Below are positions 53,390 through 64,000 of a DNA stretch of 64,000 nt, one piece after another. The first letter of the stretch is position 1. Every line of letters starts with the position of its first letter. The notes beneath the pieces are model-generated. The model searched no databases. It had not been told where the DNA came from and saw nothing but the letters and a program-made list of their open reading frames with translations. Source of the DNA: Monocercomonoides exilis PA203 (lineage: Eukaryota > Protista > Preaxostyla); the NCBI GenBank assembly GCA_001643675.2, contig LSRY02000052.1:434001-498000 (forward strand), written 5' to 3'. The position numbers and the translations under genes were made by a program.

Positions 53390-53898
53390 ACGTATTTTCT
53401 TTCTAGCTCCTTCTTCAATCATTCTTTATCAGAATGCTCATAAGCTATTTCTCTGTTCGTCTTTTGCAAAGTGAATATGCTGTTGCTTTGAACAATCAAA
53501 TATCCATCCACAGAAACATGAGGCGGAAATAAGTCATCATTAAATATTATCAATTGTATCCAACATTCAACAGCTACCGTTTGGAATGATATGTCAAAAT
53601 TATCGATTTTTACCAGGAGAATATTGTCTATTTTGATGCGGTAAATGAAGTGAGACATGAATGCATAATACAAATTGGACCATCAAGGTTGTACGATAGA
53701 ATAAAGCAGAGGAGAAAAGAAAGAAGAAGATGAAGAGTATTGAGTACTGGACGAAAAGAGAAGGATGCATAGCGACACAATGGGAAATGATGATGAAGAC
53801 AATATGCTTTTTCTCCAAATCATCCATTTAACAACGATGAATGGAAGCTGTTCGATAGATGAAATGATAAAACCATTAGTCATCATAGCTATCTGCAA
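53390..53898 (-). pseudogene. Possible decayed gene: colinear ORF pieces separated by in-frame TGA codons
   Basis: 53683-53898 and 53419-53673 lie in one frame, joined across ...QP*WSNLYY.... The product is not recognised. Confidence 0.25.
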
Positions 53899-54030
53899 AA
53901 TGAATGAATAAAATATCTATTTGTTTAGTTTCCATCAGTTATATCTCCTTTCTGATGTCCGTTGTCTTGCATCATTTCCGAATTTTGATCATCATTATAA
54001 GAAACATATACCTCGAATGAATTCAAACAC

Positions 54031-57000
54031 TTATTTTTTCGCAGAAGTGATCAACTGATTATACGAAGTTAGTTTGTATTTTGTGGCTGACCTCATCTTC
54101 GCCTCAATTTCAGCGCGCTTCTTTTCTCTTTCTCTCTCCGCCCTTCTCAACCTCCTCTCGTTCTCTGCGTTTCTCAGCTGCTCTTCTCCAAAGGCTGCCA
54201 CCAGAGTCGGCGGGTCGTTGCGTCTTATGCGGAAGATTTCAGGTGTCTGCTGCATCTTCACAGCGTGTGCCAGTTCGCGCGGCTTTGCCCATTCGGGAAC
54301 ATTTGCGAAGGACAAGTCGAAAGTGCTGGGGGTGTCGGGGGTGTGAGGGATGTAGATGTCAGTCAGAACAGGATGAGGTGGTGTTGCAAGCGCAGAGGAC
54401 ATGTGGCTGGGCGGAAGAGATGTCATAGAGGGAGAGGAAGATGATGATGAGGTAGATGATGATGAGGAGGAGGAAGAGGTTGATGAAGAAGATGTTGGCT
54501 CCGAATGCTGTTTGATAGAAGAATGAGCAGCTGAAGTTGTCGACGAAATATTTGTAGTCTGAGTTTGATTTGATGAAGACTGTGAAGAAGATGCAAGTGA
54601 AGTAGTTTGTTTATCATTTGGATGTTTAGCTGAAGGCATTTGCATTAGATGATCAGCAGTATTGTCTTTCCCCTTTCTTTTGTCTTCTTCTTTCTCTCTC
54701 TCTTTTCCTTTTCCCTTTCCATTCAACAATTTTGCTGCCCCAACATTTGGAGTGCCAGCTGTTCTGTGTGATGGAAGAGTCACATGAGCAGAAGAACTGG
54801 CATTACTTCGATTGTTTATGGAAGACGCATTTTTTGGTGCAGTTGCTCTTCCTCTTGCAGACGGAGTAGAAAACAGAGTGCGCGAAGCTTGTTTGGAAGT
54901 GTTCTGAACAGAAGATGAGGAGGAAGAAGAAGAAGGTGAACTGTTAGAAGGCAAAGAGGAGGAAGAAGCTGAAGAAGGAGAAGGTGCACGAGTTTTAGTA
55001 GAAGAGAACGAGGTTGATGATGATGATGAAGTTTGATGTGAAGGTGAAATCTTGCGAGAAGCAGAAGCAGAAGAAGCAGAAGAAGAAGAAGATGAGGCAG
55101 AAGGTGTTGGAGAAGTGGAATGGGCAGAAGTCGTGTGGCGATTGGAAAGAGAAGAGTATTTTGGCAGAGGCGGATGCTGTCTTTGAGAAGGTGAAATGGC
55201 ATTTCTCTGCTTTGGATGTGTTTGTGGCACATTTGCAGCTTTTGAGGAAGAAGAAGGGCGGGTTGAAGGAGAAGGAGACAAAGAAGAAGGAGAAGATGAG
55301 GGAGAAGATGAACGAGAACGAGAAGAAGAAGGGGCAGTTGATGTGGATGCTGTTGAGAATGTTGGAGAAGAAGGAGAAGAAGAAGCAGATTTCGGTGAAG
55401 CATAAGAAGTCTTTTCCTTTGCAGGAGTGAAATGCGGCTTGTCATTTTTGGCTGTCTGTTTTGTGTTCAGATGAGATGGAGTGGCTGAAGGTGTGTCTTG
55501 TTTGGTGTGCTTGTCTGTTGGAGGAAGAGGAGGGTGTTTTGAGAGAAGAGGCACAACACGTCCGGCTGAAGTGACTGCAAAGGGAGATTCAGAAGAAGAA
55601 GAAGAAGAAGGCGAATGCACAGAGGACGAGGGAGGTGAGGTGGATGAGGCAGATAAGGAAGAAGAAGAAGAAGAAGGTGAAGAAGACGATGAGGAAGAAG
55701 AAGCAAAAACAGATGAAGAAGAAGTGGAAGAAGAAGAATGAAGTGTATGTTTAACAAGAGCTGAAGGTGAATTTGAGTCAGACAATTCATTTTCGTCTAT
55801 TGGAGACAGAACAGTTGCAGTTGCATTGTTTGCGTTGATGTTCATTTCATTCTGCATGTTTGACTCGCCAAATGAATGAGGCATGACTGAGAAGCTGCTG
55901 TCTGCTGATAATTCATTCATCTCATTCATCTCGTTCTTCTCATCCATTTCATCCATTTCATCCATTTCATTCATCTTGTTACTCTCACTTGTGATGTTTA
56001 ATGGCAGATGAGCAGAAGATGCAGCTGTTGAATGAGGTTTTTTGTCGAAGATGTCTGGCAGAGTGATCTTGTTGTGGAGAAAAGAGGGAGAAAACGACTG
56101 AGGTTTGCTTTGAGTGGAAAGAGGGGTGGAAAGAGCAGTTGTGGAAGGAACAAAAGAGGAAGAAGAAGAAGAGGAGGAGGGGGGGGAAGAGGAAGAAGAT
56201 GCAGAGGAAGATGGAGAATGAGAGTCATGAAACGGAAGAGCAGATGGAGAGAACAGAGCAATTGGAGAAGGGCTGTCTTCAGGAAGTGATTGAGAAGGTG
56301 TTCCAAACGAGGCAAGTGCAGACAGACTGATAGATGAATGCTGGAAGAGACTCAACGGAGTGGTTAGCTGGACAGAGGAGAACGATGGCAATGAAGAAGA
56401 AGAAGAAGAAGAAGAAGAAGAAGAAGAGGGAGTGGAAGAAGAGGGAGAGGAAAATGCAGCCATCAATGAAGATGGAGAGGGAGATGCAGATGATAATAAT
56501 GATGAGGAAGAGGAAGAGGAAGATGAAGAAGAAGGCGATAAAAATAACGAGGAAGAGGAAGATGAAGATTGTGATGGTGTTGATGAAGAGGAAGAAGAGG
56601 AAGATGGAGATGATGATAATGAGGAAGGTGTAGCAGAAATAGAATGAAGATCATTTGTCAAATATGAAGTGTTATGCTTAGCTGCTTCAATGTGTTCAGA
56701 TGTTGTTGTGTTTCTTTTCGAAGCAGAAGAAGTTCTTTTTAACAATTTTGGCTGTTCTTTTGCTTCGACATTGACATTTGGAGAAGTCTGCTGAAATGTC
56801 TCAGAAACAGATGAAGAAGAAAGCATTGAATTCTGTCTGATTGTTGATTCCAGAGAAGAAGAAGAAGAAGAGGAGGAGGAGGAGGAAGTAAAAGAAGAAG
56901 GAGAAGGAGAAGTCCACAATTTGCTATTCAGAGCAGAAGAAACAGAAGAATCCGAAGAATTCAAAGCAGCTTCTGTGTTATTTGATACTCTTCCTTCAGA

Positions 57001-59001
57001 AGAAGATGTGTTTTTATCAGAAGAAGAAGAAGAAGAAGAAGAAGAAGAAGAGAAAGATGGACGCAGCGGAGACGAAGGTAGCATCTCGACAAGCGAAAGA
57101 AGAGAAGTTTCAGGCTGTTTTTTGCTCTCTCGCTTCGAAAACAAACTCGACTGAGGCTCTTTTGGCTTGTCATTTGCGTCTTTTGGCTCAAAGTTTGATG
57201 GAAGTGGAAGATGAGGTTGTTGTGATGGATGCAACAAGTCTATTTGTTTATCAGGTTTAGTCAATGGAGAAGAAGAAACAGACGAAGAAGATAAGGATGA
57301 TGAAGAAGAAATTGTCGAAGGGGAGAAGGAAGGAGTTGAAGAAGAAGAAGCTGAAAAAGAAGAACGCAAAAATGATTTTGTTTCGTCTGTTCTTCCAATT
57401 GAACTGACAGATGGAACAGTTAAGGATGAAGATGATGACATATGTGCAATTGATAAAGGACTCAACAAAGAGGATGAAGAAGCTGTTGTTGGTGAAGCAG
57501 ATAAACCAGAAGCAAAAGAAGAAGAAGCAAAAGAAGAAGAAGAAGAAGAAGCAAAAGAAGAAGAAGAAGAAGAAGAAGAAGAAGAAGAAGAAGAAGAAGA
57601 AGAAGAAGAAGAAGAAGAAGAAGAAGAAGAAGAAGAAGAAGAAGAAGAAGAAGAAGAAGAAGAAGAAGAAGATGATGATGATGATGATGAAGCAGGAAGA
57701 GGAGATTGTATTGGGGCAGAGAGTGATGCTGTGGAAGTGTTTGTTGTCGAAGCCAAATTTGAATTGCTCTCAGAAAGCAACATCGACTGACGAATATCCA
57801 AAAGTGAAGTGGAAGAAGAAGAAGAAGAAGTCAATTTTTGACGAGAAGGACTTCTTTTGCTTGAATCATTCTGTTCTTTCTGTTGCAGTGAAATGTGTGT
57901 CATTTGTGGTGATGTGGAAAATGACGATGATTTTTTCTGAATGTGTTGCTGTTTGTCAATTGTGAAAGAAGAAGATGAAGAATCAGAAGAAACAGACGGA
58001 ATCCAATGGCTCACAAGCTCAGTTAAATTAGCTTTAAGAAGTTGATGCTGAACATTTTGATTTGCTTGTGTGTGTTTGCTCTGGTCGAAATCTGACAATT
58101 TCCCAATTCTCGGAAAAGAATCCTCTTTTAACATTTTTTCTGATTCGATGCCAGGAGCCAATTGGAGTGTGGTTGCAATTTGAGAAGGAAATGTTTCGAT
58201 TTTTTTGGGAGTGGATGAATGATGCGTGGAATCTGAAGTTAAAGAATGAATCGGTAAAGTTGTCCTTCCATTCTCAGAATTCAATTGCTTTTCAGAAATT
58301 GTTGCAGAATCTGGAAGTCGCAAAGCGCTTTGCTGAACAACAGAAGTACTATGAGAAGGTATGAGTCCAGCGGATGCAGGTTGGGTTGTTGATTCTACTT
58401 TATTTATTGATAATTTTCTATTTTTATTGGACTTCGTGACAAGAGAAGATAAGAAAGCTATTGTGGATTCTGATGATGTAACAGATTCTTCGTTCATAGG
58501 TGGTAATGTCGAAATCAAAAACGAAGGAATGGAAAAAGTTGAGGTTGTATTCTCTGAGAAATTTGTATTGTTGACAGATTCATTTGCAACTTCATCATTA
58601 TTTGAGGTTTTCTCCAAAGAAATACTATCTCCTGCGTCTTGCATCTCATCTGCTCTGCTTCGCTTTGAGCTTCCCTGTAAGAATTCACTTTGATTTGATA
58701 AAGAGCTCTCAACTTCTTTTATTGGCGAAAAGTCTCTTTTAACAGATTGTTCCATTTCTTTCCTGCTACATCGTCTTGGCCCAAATTCTTCCTTTTCGAT
58801 AGTATCTGGAAGAGTTAAATTTTCTTCACCCTCTTTCCTTTCATCACGATTTATTGAAGAAAAAACAATTTTCGGTTTCTCCTGCTGTAACCACTGTTTA
58901 AACTCGTTTAATGCGCAAATGCTGTTCTCTGTAAACTCATTTAAGACACTTTCAAATGAGTTTATTAGATCTCTCTCTTTTTTTCTCTGTGAATTATTCA
59001 T
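54031..59001 (-). CDS. INCENP: Probable inner centromere protein (INCENP)-like, Ser-rich, single exon
   Basis: The C-terminal VPEWAKPRELAHAVKMQQTPEIF...LVAAF fits the IN-box pattern (PxWA, LxxAxxxQ, IF, LxxxF). The N-terminal LNEF...LNEFKQWLQQE resembles the INCENP N-terminal helix. The middle is long and disordered. Recognised by eye only. Confidence 0.62.
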   Translation of the reverse strand: MNNSQRKKERDLINSFESVLNEFTENSICALNEFKQWLQQEKPKIVFSSINRDERKEGEENLTLPDTIEKEEFGPRRCSRKEMEQSVKRDFSPIKEVESSLSNQSEFLQGSSKRSRADEMQDAGDSISLEKTSNNDEVANESVNNTNFSENTTSTFSIPSFLISTLPPMNEESVTSSESTIAFLSSLVTKSNKNRKLSINKVESTTQPASAGLIPSHSTSVVQQSALRLPDSATISEKQLNSENGRTTLPIHSLTSDSTHHSSTPKKIETFPSQIATTLQLAPGIESEKMLKEDSFPRIGKLSDFDQSKHTQANQNVQHQLLKANLTELVSHWIPSVSSDSSSSSFTIDKQQHIQKKSSSFSTSPQMTHISLQQKEQNDSSKRSPSRQKLTSSSSSSTSLLDIRQSMLLSESNSNLASTTNTSTASLSAPIQSPLPASSSSSSSSSSSSSSSSSSSSSSSSSSSSSSSSSSSSSSSSSSSSSFASSSSSSFASSSFASGLSASPTTASSSSLLSPLSIAHMSSSSSLTVPSVSSIGRTDETKSFLRSSFSASSSSTPSFSPSTISSSSSLSSSSVSSSPLTKPDKQIDLLHPSQQPHLPLPSNFEPKDANDKPKEPQSSLFSKRESKKQPETSLLSLVEMLPSSPLRPSFSSSSSSSSSSSDKNTSSSEGRVSNNTEAALNSSDSSVSSALNSKLWTSPSPSSFTSSSSSSSSSSSLESTIRQNSMLSSSSVSETFQQTSPNVNVEAKEQPKLLKRTSSASKRNTTTSEHIEAAKHNTSYLTNDLHSISATPSSLSSSPSSSSSSSSTPSQSSSSSSSLFLSPSSSSSSSSSSSLLSSASPSPSSLMAAFSSPSSSTPSSSSSSSSSSSSLPSFSSVQLTTPLSLFQHSSISLSALASFGTPSQSLPEDSPSPIALFSPSALPFHDSHSPSSSASSSSSPPSSSSSSSSFVPSTTALSTPLSTQSKPQSFSPSFLHNKITLPDIFDKKPHSTAASSAHLPLNITSESNKMNEMDEMDEMDEKNEMNEMNELSADSSFSVMPHSFGESNMQNEMNINANNATATVLSPIDENELSDSNSPSALVKHTLHSSSSTSSSSVFASSSSSSSSPSSSSSSLSASSTSPPSSSVHSPSSSSSSESPFAVTSAGRVVPLLSKHPPLPPTDKHTKQDTPSATPSHLNTKQTAKNDKPHFTPAKEKTSYASPKSASSSPSSPTFSTASTSTAPSSSRSRSSSPSSSPSSLSPSPSTRPSSSSKAANVPQTHPKQRNAISPSQRQHPPLPKYSSLSNRHTTSAHSTSPTPSASSSSSSASSASASRKISPSHQTSSSSSTSFSSTKTRAPSPSSASSSSLPSNSSPSSSSSSSSVQNTSKQASRTLFSTPSARGRATAPKNASSINNRSNASSSAHVTLPSHRTAGTPNVGAAKLLNGKGKGKEREKEEDKRKGKDNTADHLMQMPSAKHPNDKQTTSLASSSQSSSNQTQTTNISSTTSAAHSSIKQHSEPTSSSSTSSSSSSSSTSSSSSSPSMTSLPPSHMSSALATPPHPVLTDIYIPHTPDTPSTFDLSFANVPEWAKPRELAHAVKMQQTPEIFRIRRNDPPTLVAAFGEEQLRNAENERRLRRAEREREKKRAEIEAKMRSATKYKLTSYNQLITSAKK
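57500..57690. repeat. (GAA)n microsatellite encoding poly-Ser in the INCENP-like gene
   Basis: Directly visible. Confidence 0.95.
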
Positions 59002-59366
59002 TTCATATTGATCATATAGATAATTTTTTATGAAAACTTCAAATTATTTTAATAAATTGCGAATGTAACTCTTTTAGCATTTAAGAGAAAAAATAGATTA
59101 ACCAAATAAAGAGATATTGAGATCCACAAAAATGAGTTGGTGAATAAATTTAAAAAAAAGACATGTTCACTAAATTTGTTAAAAAAAATGAAAAAATAGA
59201 CTTAGAGATTATAAAAGAAGTACAGAAAGAAAGAAATGATGACAAAAACATCACAGTAGAAATAATTCAAATACTATTGATGAAAATAACTCCGTATTTT
59301 TTGAATGTATTATCAAGCCACAATTAATGCGAAATTGAAGATTGAATGGACTAACACTTTTGCATA

Positions 59367-60270
59367 ATGTTCCAATTTCGGATATTGCAATCAAAAGAAC
59401 AAACATGTGAATGTAAAGATCTTTCAATTAAAGATAAAGTGAGGAGTATCCAATTTATTTCGTGCTCAGCAGTGTTATATGGTGGAGGATTTTGGTTTAA
59501 TCCAAATCGATCAACAGCTCCAAGCAACAACATTTATTGCTATTTCTTCTTCTTCGTTGATTGCAGTTGCAACGCTTCCACTCCATATGGTCACGATGTA
59601 ATGTATTACGATTAATACAATCTCTTCTCATCGAATAACCCGTTCTACGAATCGTACACAACGAATAGTGATGATAAGAGAGTGTGCCGTTATTATTTAT
59701 CAGGCAGTTGGACGTATCAGCACACAGAAAAGAAGAACTGGCTTAAAGAAGGGATGAAAGATAGATATGTTGGGGCGAGCGGAAGGGTTTCGTGCGGGAT
59801 GTGTGTGATGAGCGAGTCTGCGCCGTGCAAGATAATGGGGCATGCTGTGGTGGGTTTGTTAGAGATGAGCTCATCAGTCACCCTGATGGAAGGGGATCAC
59901 ACAAGCGAGACAACAACAATTGATATTGGATCAAAGAAGATTATTGTTGTTGGGAAAGGCAAAGATAAGAGTTCGATTGAAATAGGGGCACTTTCATCAA
60001 CAAGAGAGCTGTTCAGTGTGTCAACAGGTCATCTGGGAATGAGCCATTTGAAGGTTGATTGCAACTCAATTTCAATTCCTTCACCGAGTGTGGTTGTTGT
60101 ATCTGATGGAGGTGGGTCACTCTCGTTGGGGGATGTGATCACCACGAGTAAAACAGGATAATGTGTGATATCGTCTTCAAAGTTTGTGGTGTCAATGTCG
60201 TATCTGATGATAGTTGTCGTGAAGATTAAAGATATGTTCATTTCGAAATCATTACCCCTGGGCAAATGAA
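59367..60270 (+). pseudogene. Fragment of an expanded, probably surface-protein, gene family with stops
   Basis: The coding-like frame (YGGGFW...YGHDVMYYD*...KKNWLKEGMKDRYVG...ELFSVSTGHLGMSHLKVDCNS) is broken by TAA at 59615 and 60161. The family assignment is from recall of repetitive oxymonad proteins. Confidence 0.55.
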
Positions 60271-60607
60271 ACCAAAACAATATTTCTGTTTTTTCTTTCA
60301 ATCATGAAATTAAAACAAAATAACAATTCCAAAAAGGTTTGAAATTCTTTTTCTCAAACTTACTTTTTTAATTTTCAATTTGTAGTTCCGGTCTTGAAGC
60401 GTACAATTTTCAAATTAAATAAAAAAATACAATGAATCATGATAAAGAGAACATACGCAAAAATCCGCATTTTCTTTTTCAAAATTCGTGAAAATGAAAA
60501 GAAGTTTCCAACCACTACGTCTTTATAAAAATGAAATTGGATAAAACAAGCCATTTGTTAAATCTGAACGAAAAATTGAAAAATAGTGATCATAACTATA
60601 ATTATTG

Positions 60608-61601
60608 ATGGAAGAGAAGTGGACGTTTCACAAAATTGAGGCGAACATGCCTCATTTGAGGGGTAGAGAGCCTCAAGAATTTCTTGGCAAATGGGGGTTA
60701 AAAGACAGCTTCACATTTCAAAAATATGCATTTGACCAACCAGTCCAACCATATCAATATACTCATTTACTGAATTGTTTTATTACAGAACCAGATGTTC
60801 AAAGATTTATTGGAGCACGATTGCGCACAAAGGAACATTATTCTGCTTTAGAATCTTTACCTATTGAAAGCATGAAAACCGATATGCTTCTCGCAACGGC
60901 AACAGATTTATCTCTTTTTGATCCTTTGGAAAAAACTGGTTTATCTTTGAAATTGAAAATCAAAATAAAGAAATAAAATTTAATGTTTTTTTATAACATT
61001 TTTATGTCATCATAGCTGTGCGGAATGATGGAAGCATTATTAAATGCTTTTCAATTCCACATCCAGATTTTGATGTTTGTGACAGAATTCGAGAATGCCT
61101 CCTTTGCGAAGACTCTGAACTTTATGAATTATTTGGACGTTTGAGCATAACTATTTTTAATATTTACAAAAAATTTGATATTTTTATTATTTTTCAAAAT
61201 TTAGCTGATCAAAGAAAAGAATTCTTATTTCACATATTTCAACGACTTGTATTAGGCGGAGAATTGTGTCAATATGAAGACGTGTTACAGCCTTATTTGG
61301 AAATGACAAAAAATATTTATAAGGACTTAGTTGGGTTTGAACAAATTTGTATATGAATTCAACTTAAAAATAAAATTTCTTTCTTTCTTTTTTTAGCGTT
61401 CAGAGAAATGCTGTAACAGGGAAACTTGAAATAAGATCGAAAGTATTTCAACTCAGCCGCAATTCATCAGCACTTTTAACAACAGATGGAGTTGCAATTC
61501 CATTGTTCCCTGGAAAAGATCAGACTAATCCAAGAAACGGACTGTATTTTATTATCGATCCTGGGATGCGAACGTTGAATATCATGAGATGTACCGTTTG
61601 A
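60608..61601 (+). CDS. CFAP300: Cilia- and flagella-associated protein 300 (C11orf70/DUF4498), dynein-arm assembly factor, 4 exons
   Basis: Motifs LGKWGL, FDQP, LLCEDSELYELF and EFLFHIFQRLVLGGELCQYEDVLQPYLEMTKNIYKDLV. Three GT-AG introns restore the frame, and TGA falls at 61601. Confidence 0.88.
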
Positions 61602-62364
61602 TCAATCTTCTTGAAGGTGACATTTGTAGAAAATCGAGTCTAATGTTCAATTATCGAAGAGATTTGTCAAACGAGAGTTTTAAAAATGTAATATATTTTC
61701 GAATACAAGCTTTTCAATTTAAATTTCCATTTGGGGATCATTTTTGCTTTTAATGATGAAAAAGAAGAGTTCAAAGAACCTGCAAACCAAACGAGTTTGA
61801 AAGCAAAACATCCATTTTCTTTTCCTTTTTCTCAAATCTTCTATTCCATTTTTCATTTCATTTTTTATTAAAAAAATTAAAAAAAAATATCACAGAAAAC
61901 AAATTTCTGTTAATATTTTTTACGACTCGAGATAAAAGATTGAAAAAACAAAACAAAACAAAAAAGAAAATGCATGTTTTTGTAAAATGAAGTAAGATTT
62001 GTTAAACTTGTTTTGTCATTTAGAAACTTCAATGCAAAGAAAAGTAATATGAAAAAATATAAATATACATTAAATTGTTCAAGAACTAATTATTAACTCA
62101 TTATGTTTGATGCACATTTGATAAACATAGCAAAAATAACTTCGTTTTTTGTTCAATAAATCAAAAATTCGCTCGCAAAACCGAAAAAATTGCATGAACA
62201 GTTAAATATTATCTGGAAAAATAGAACATTTCAATGTATAACAAAATTTCACTTGAATTGACATTTTTAAACAAAAGAAGACTTATTTTTAACAAACAAA
62301 AAAATGAAAAAGAAAAATTTGTTATGGTTATTTGTCTAAGCAAGTTAGGTTCAGATCACATGAA

Positions 62365-64000
62365 ATGTTATTAGCAGTCATCTTCTGCTTTTTATCATTT
62401 CACATCTCAGAAGATTCACCAACTTTTGAATTGAATGAAAATTATGTTATAACAAAGTCCTCAGAAAACAACTTTTCCAAATCTCAACGAACCGAGGAGT
62501 CAAATTCAATATTGGGAAATGGTTTCATTTTCATAAATAGGAGATTTAACATTAATTAATTTGACTTTAATTTTTCAGAAAAGAACATAAACATTACTCT
62601 CAAAAATATTGGCTTGAAAAAATACCTTGCCATTAAAGATGGCCTTCTAACTTTTTCGGATGCCCCATTTGTTTGGACTGCTCATAAATTGGAACATAAA
62701 GGAAGCACAGATTATTTTTCTCTTTGCCATTCTTCTTTGTGCTTGACTAAGTTTGTTCATTTTCTGTATTTAACATTTCGAACATTTGTATCTTTTTCAT
62801 TATTTTCAGAACCGGATTTACTCGTGTTTCTTTAAATCCAAAACCTACACAAATAGCATGGAGATTTACAAAAGTTAATAGACGCTTTCCGTCTTTATTT
62901 TTTGTGCACTTTTTTGATAATTCCATTAATTTGTCATCTTTGATCCAAAAAACATACTACCTTTCATCTATTGAAAAATCTGATGCAAATGACATATGGC
63001 AAATATGCAAATTTGATAATGTGATGTCAATGATAGATGCATCACATTTTAAAAAAGAAGATGCTGAATCGAAATTTGATGCATTTATTCCTTCACCAGT
63101 AACATCAACGATGACTTTTACTCCTATGAGCCTTTCTGTTGTTGCAGGAAATCCAATTATCTTCTCTTTTCGTTTAACAAACTCGAGAGGAAAAGCGATT
63201 CCAAAGGAGGAATTTGACGAATTGAGAAGCGAATTTTTACTGGATGTGAAAGGATGCTACGGACTGAATCTGGATTCTGAAGACAACGAGGCAAGCACAA
63301 CAGGAATGCTGCCTATTTCGTATTATGTTGAGGAAAAATCGTCTCCTTCTTCGTCTGTCCTTAAGCTGTCTGTGCATTTGTATGAGGAAGGATGCTTTTC
63401 CATTCAGCCGCTTGTCAAATGGAACATGACAGCCTTGGAGAGAAAAAGAAACATCGATTCACAACAAACGCAAATCATCAATGACGAAATTTCAACTTCT
63501 TCTTTTTCCATCTCTTCTCATTCACACAACTCATCAGCCACACACCAATCACCCAACACAGATGAACTGATCACATCGCTGACACTCCAGCGCTTCCGAG
63601 TGTCTGTCCAGGCAGGTCCCTTGTATGTTGGAGAGAGCCAGTTTTCGAACATTTTCCCGAGTTCATCCGAAAGGGGGATCAAACATACAAATCTTGGCAT
63701 GACGAATGAGATGAAGGCAGAACAGACACAGATGAGGTTGAAGAAGCTGATTGAACAGATTAAAAAATTGAAGCAATTGAAACTGACAAGACGGACGAAA
63801 CAGAATAAAATCACAGCCACTCAAAAGCAAACGAGTAACAATCTAAAAAATACTTCCATCTCTTCTACATCATCATCATTATCATCTTCTTCTATTAATT
63901 CTTCATCTTTACTTGATTCTTTGCATCTGAACAATATCACTTCCACATCCGCATCCACACCCACAGCCACAAAGATACCCGATGTGGAGGCAGGAGACAG
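62365..64000 (+). CDS. Signal-peptide-bearing hypothetical protein, 3'-truncated by the window; possible filamin/Ig-like segment
   Basis: MLLAVIFCFLSF start. Introns at ~62522-62578 and ~62751-62809. The third exon appears open to the window end and includes VVAGNPIIFSFRLTNSRG. Confidence 0.6.

Noticed and set aside
53419-53898. In-frame TGA codons as selenocysteine or readthrough
   Set aside because: No recognisable protein or SECIS element. Decay or non-coding sequence is more likely.
1-64000. Alternative genetic code (TAA/TAG = Gln) as in some oxymonads
   Set aside because: Long ORFs are free of TAA/TAG, and conserved proteins end at them (AsnRS at TAG, transposase at TAA).

Overview
AT-rich, intron-containing eukaryotic DNA in the standard genetic code (TAA, TAG and TGA all end genes). 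The long poly-Ser tracts, GTNTG splice donors and kinase-like gene relics suggest an oxymonad such as Monocercomonoides; this is my inference, not a database result. The dominant structure is a ~25.6 kb palindrome with arms at 14129-26876 and 27058-39782 and a 181-bp unique spacer. It is centred on two head-to-head, intron-containing hAT-family transposase genes. It duplicates cytosolic asparaginyl-tRNA synthetase, a member of a locally expanded unknown gene family, and a kinase-like pseudogene. Two MITE-like elements lie just outside the left breakpoint. Other genes: a 5'-truncated helical hypothetical protein, a 6-exon degenerate Rho-like/LRR/acidic-tail protein, two more paralogs of the unknown family, a large Ser/Gln-rich protein with three CCHC zinc knuckles, a probable divergent INCENP, CFAP300 (C11orf70), and a 3'-truncated signal-peptide protein. 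All calls come from reading by eye, and an assembly fold-back artefact cannot be excluded for the palindrome.
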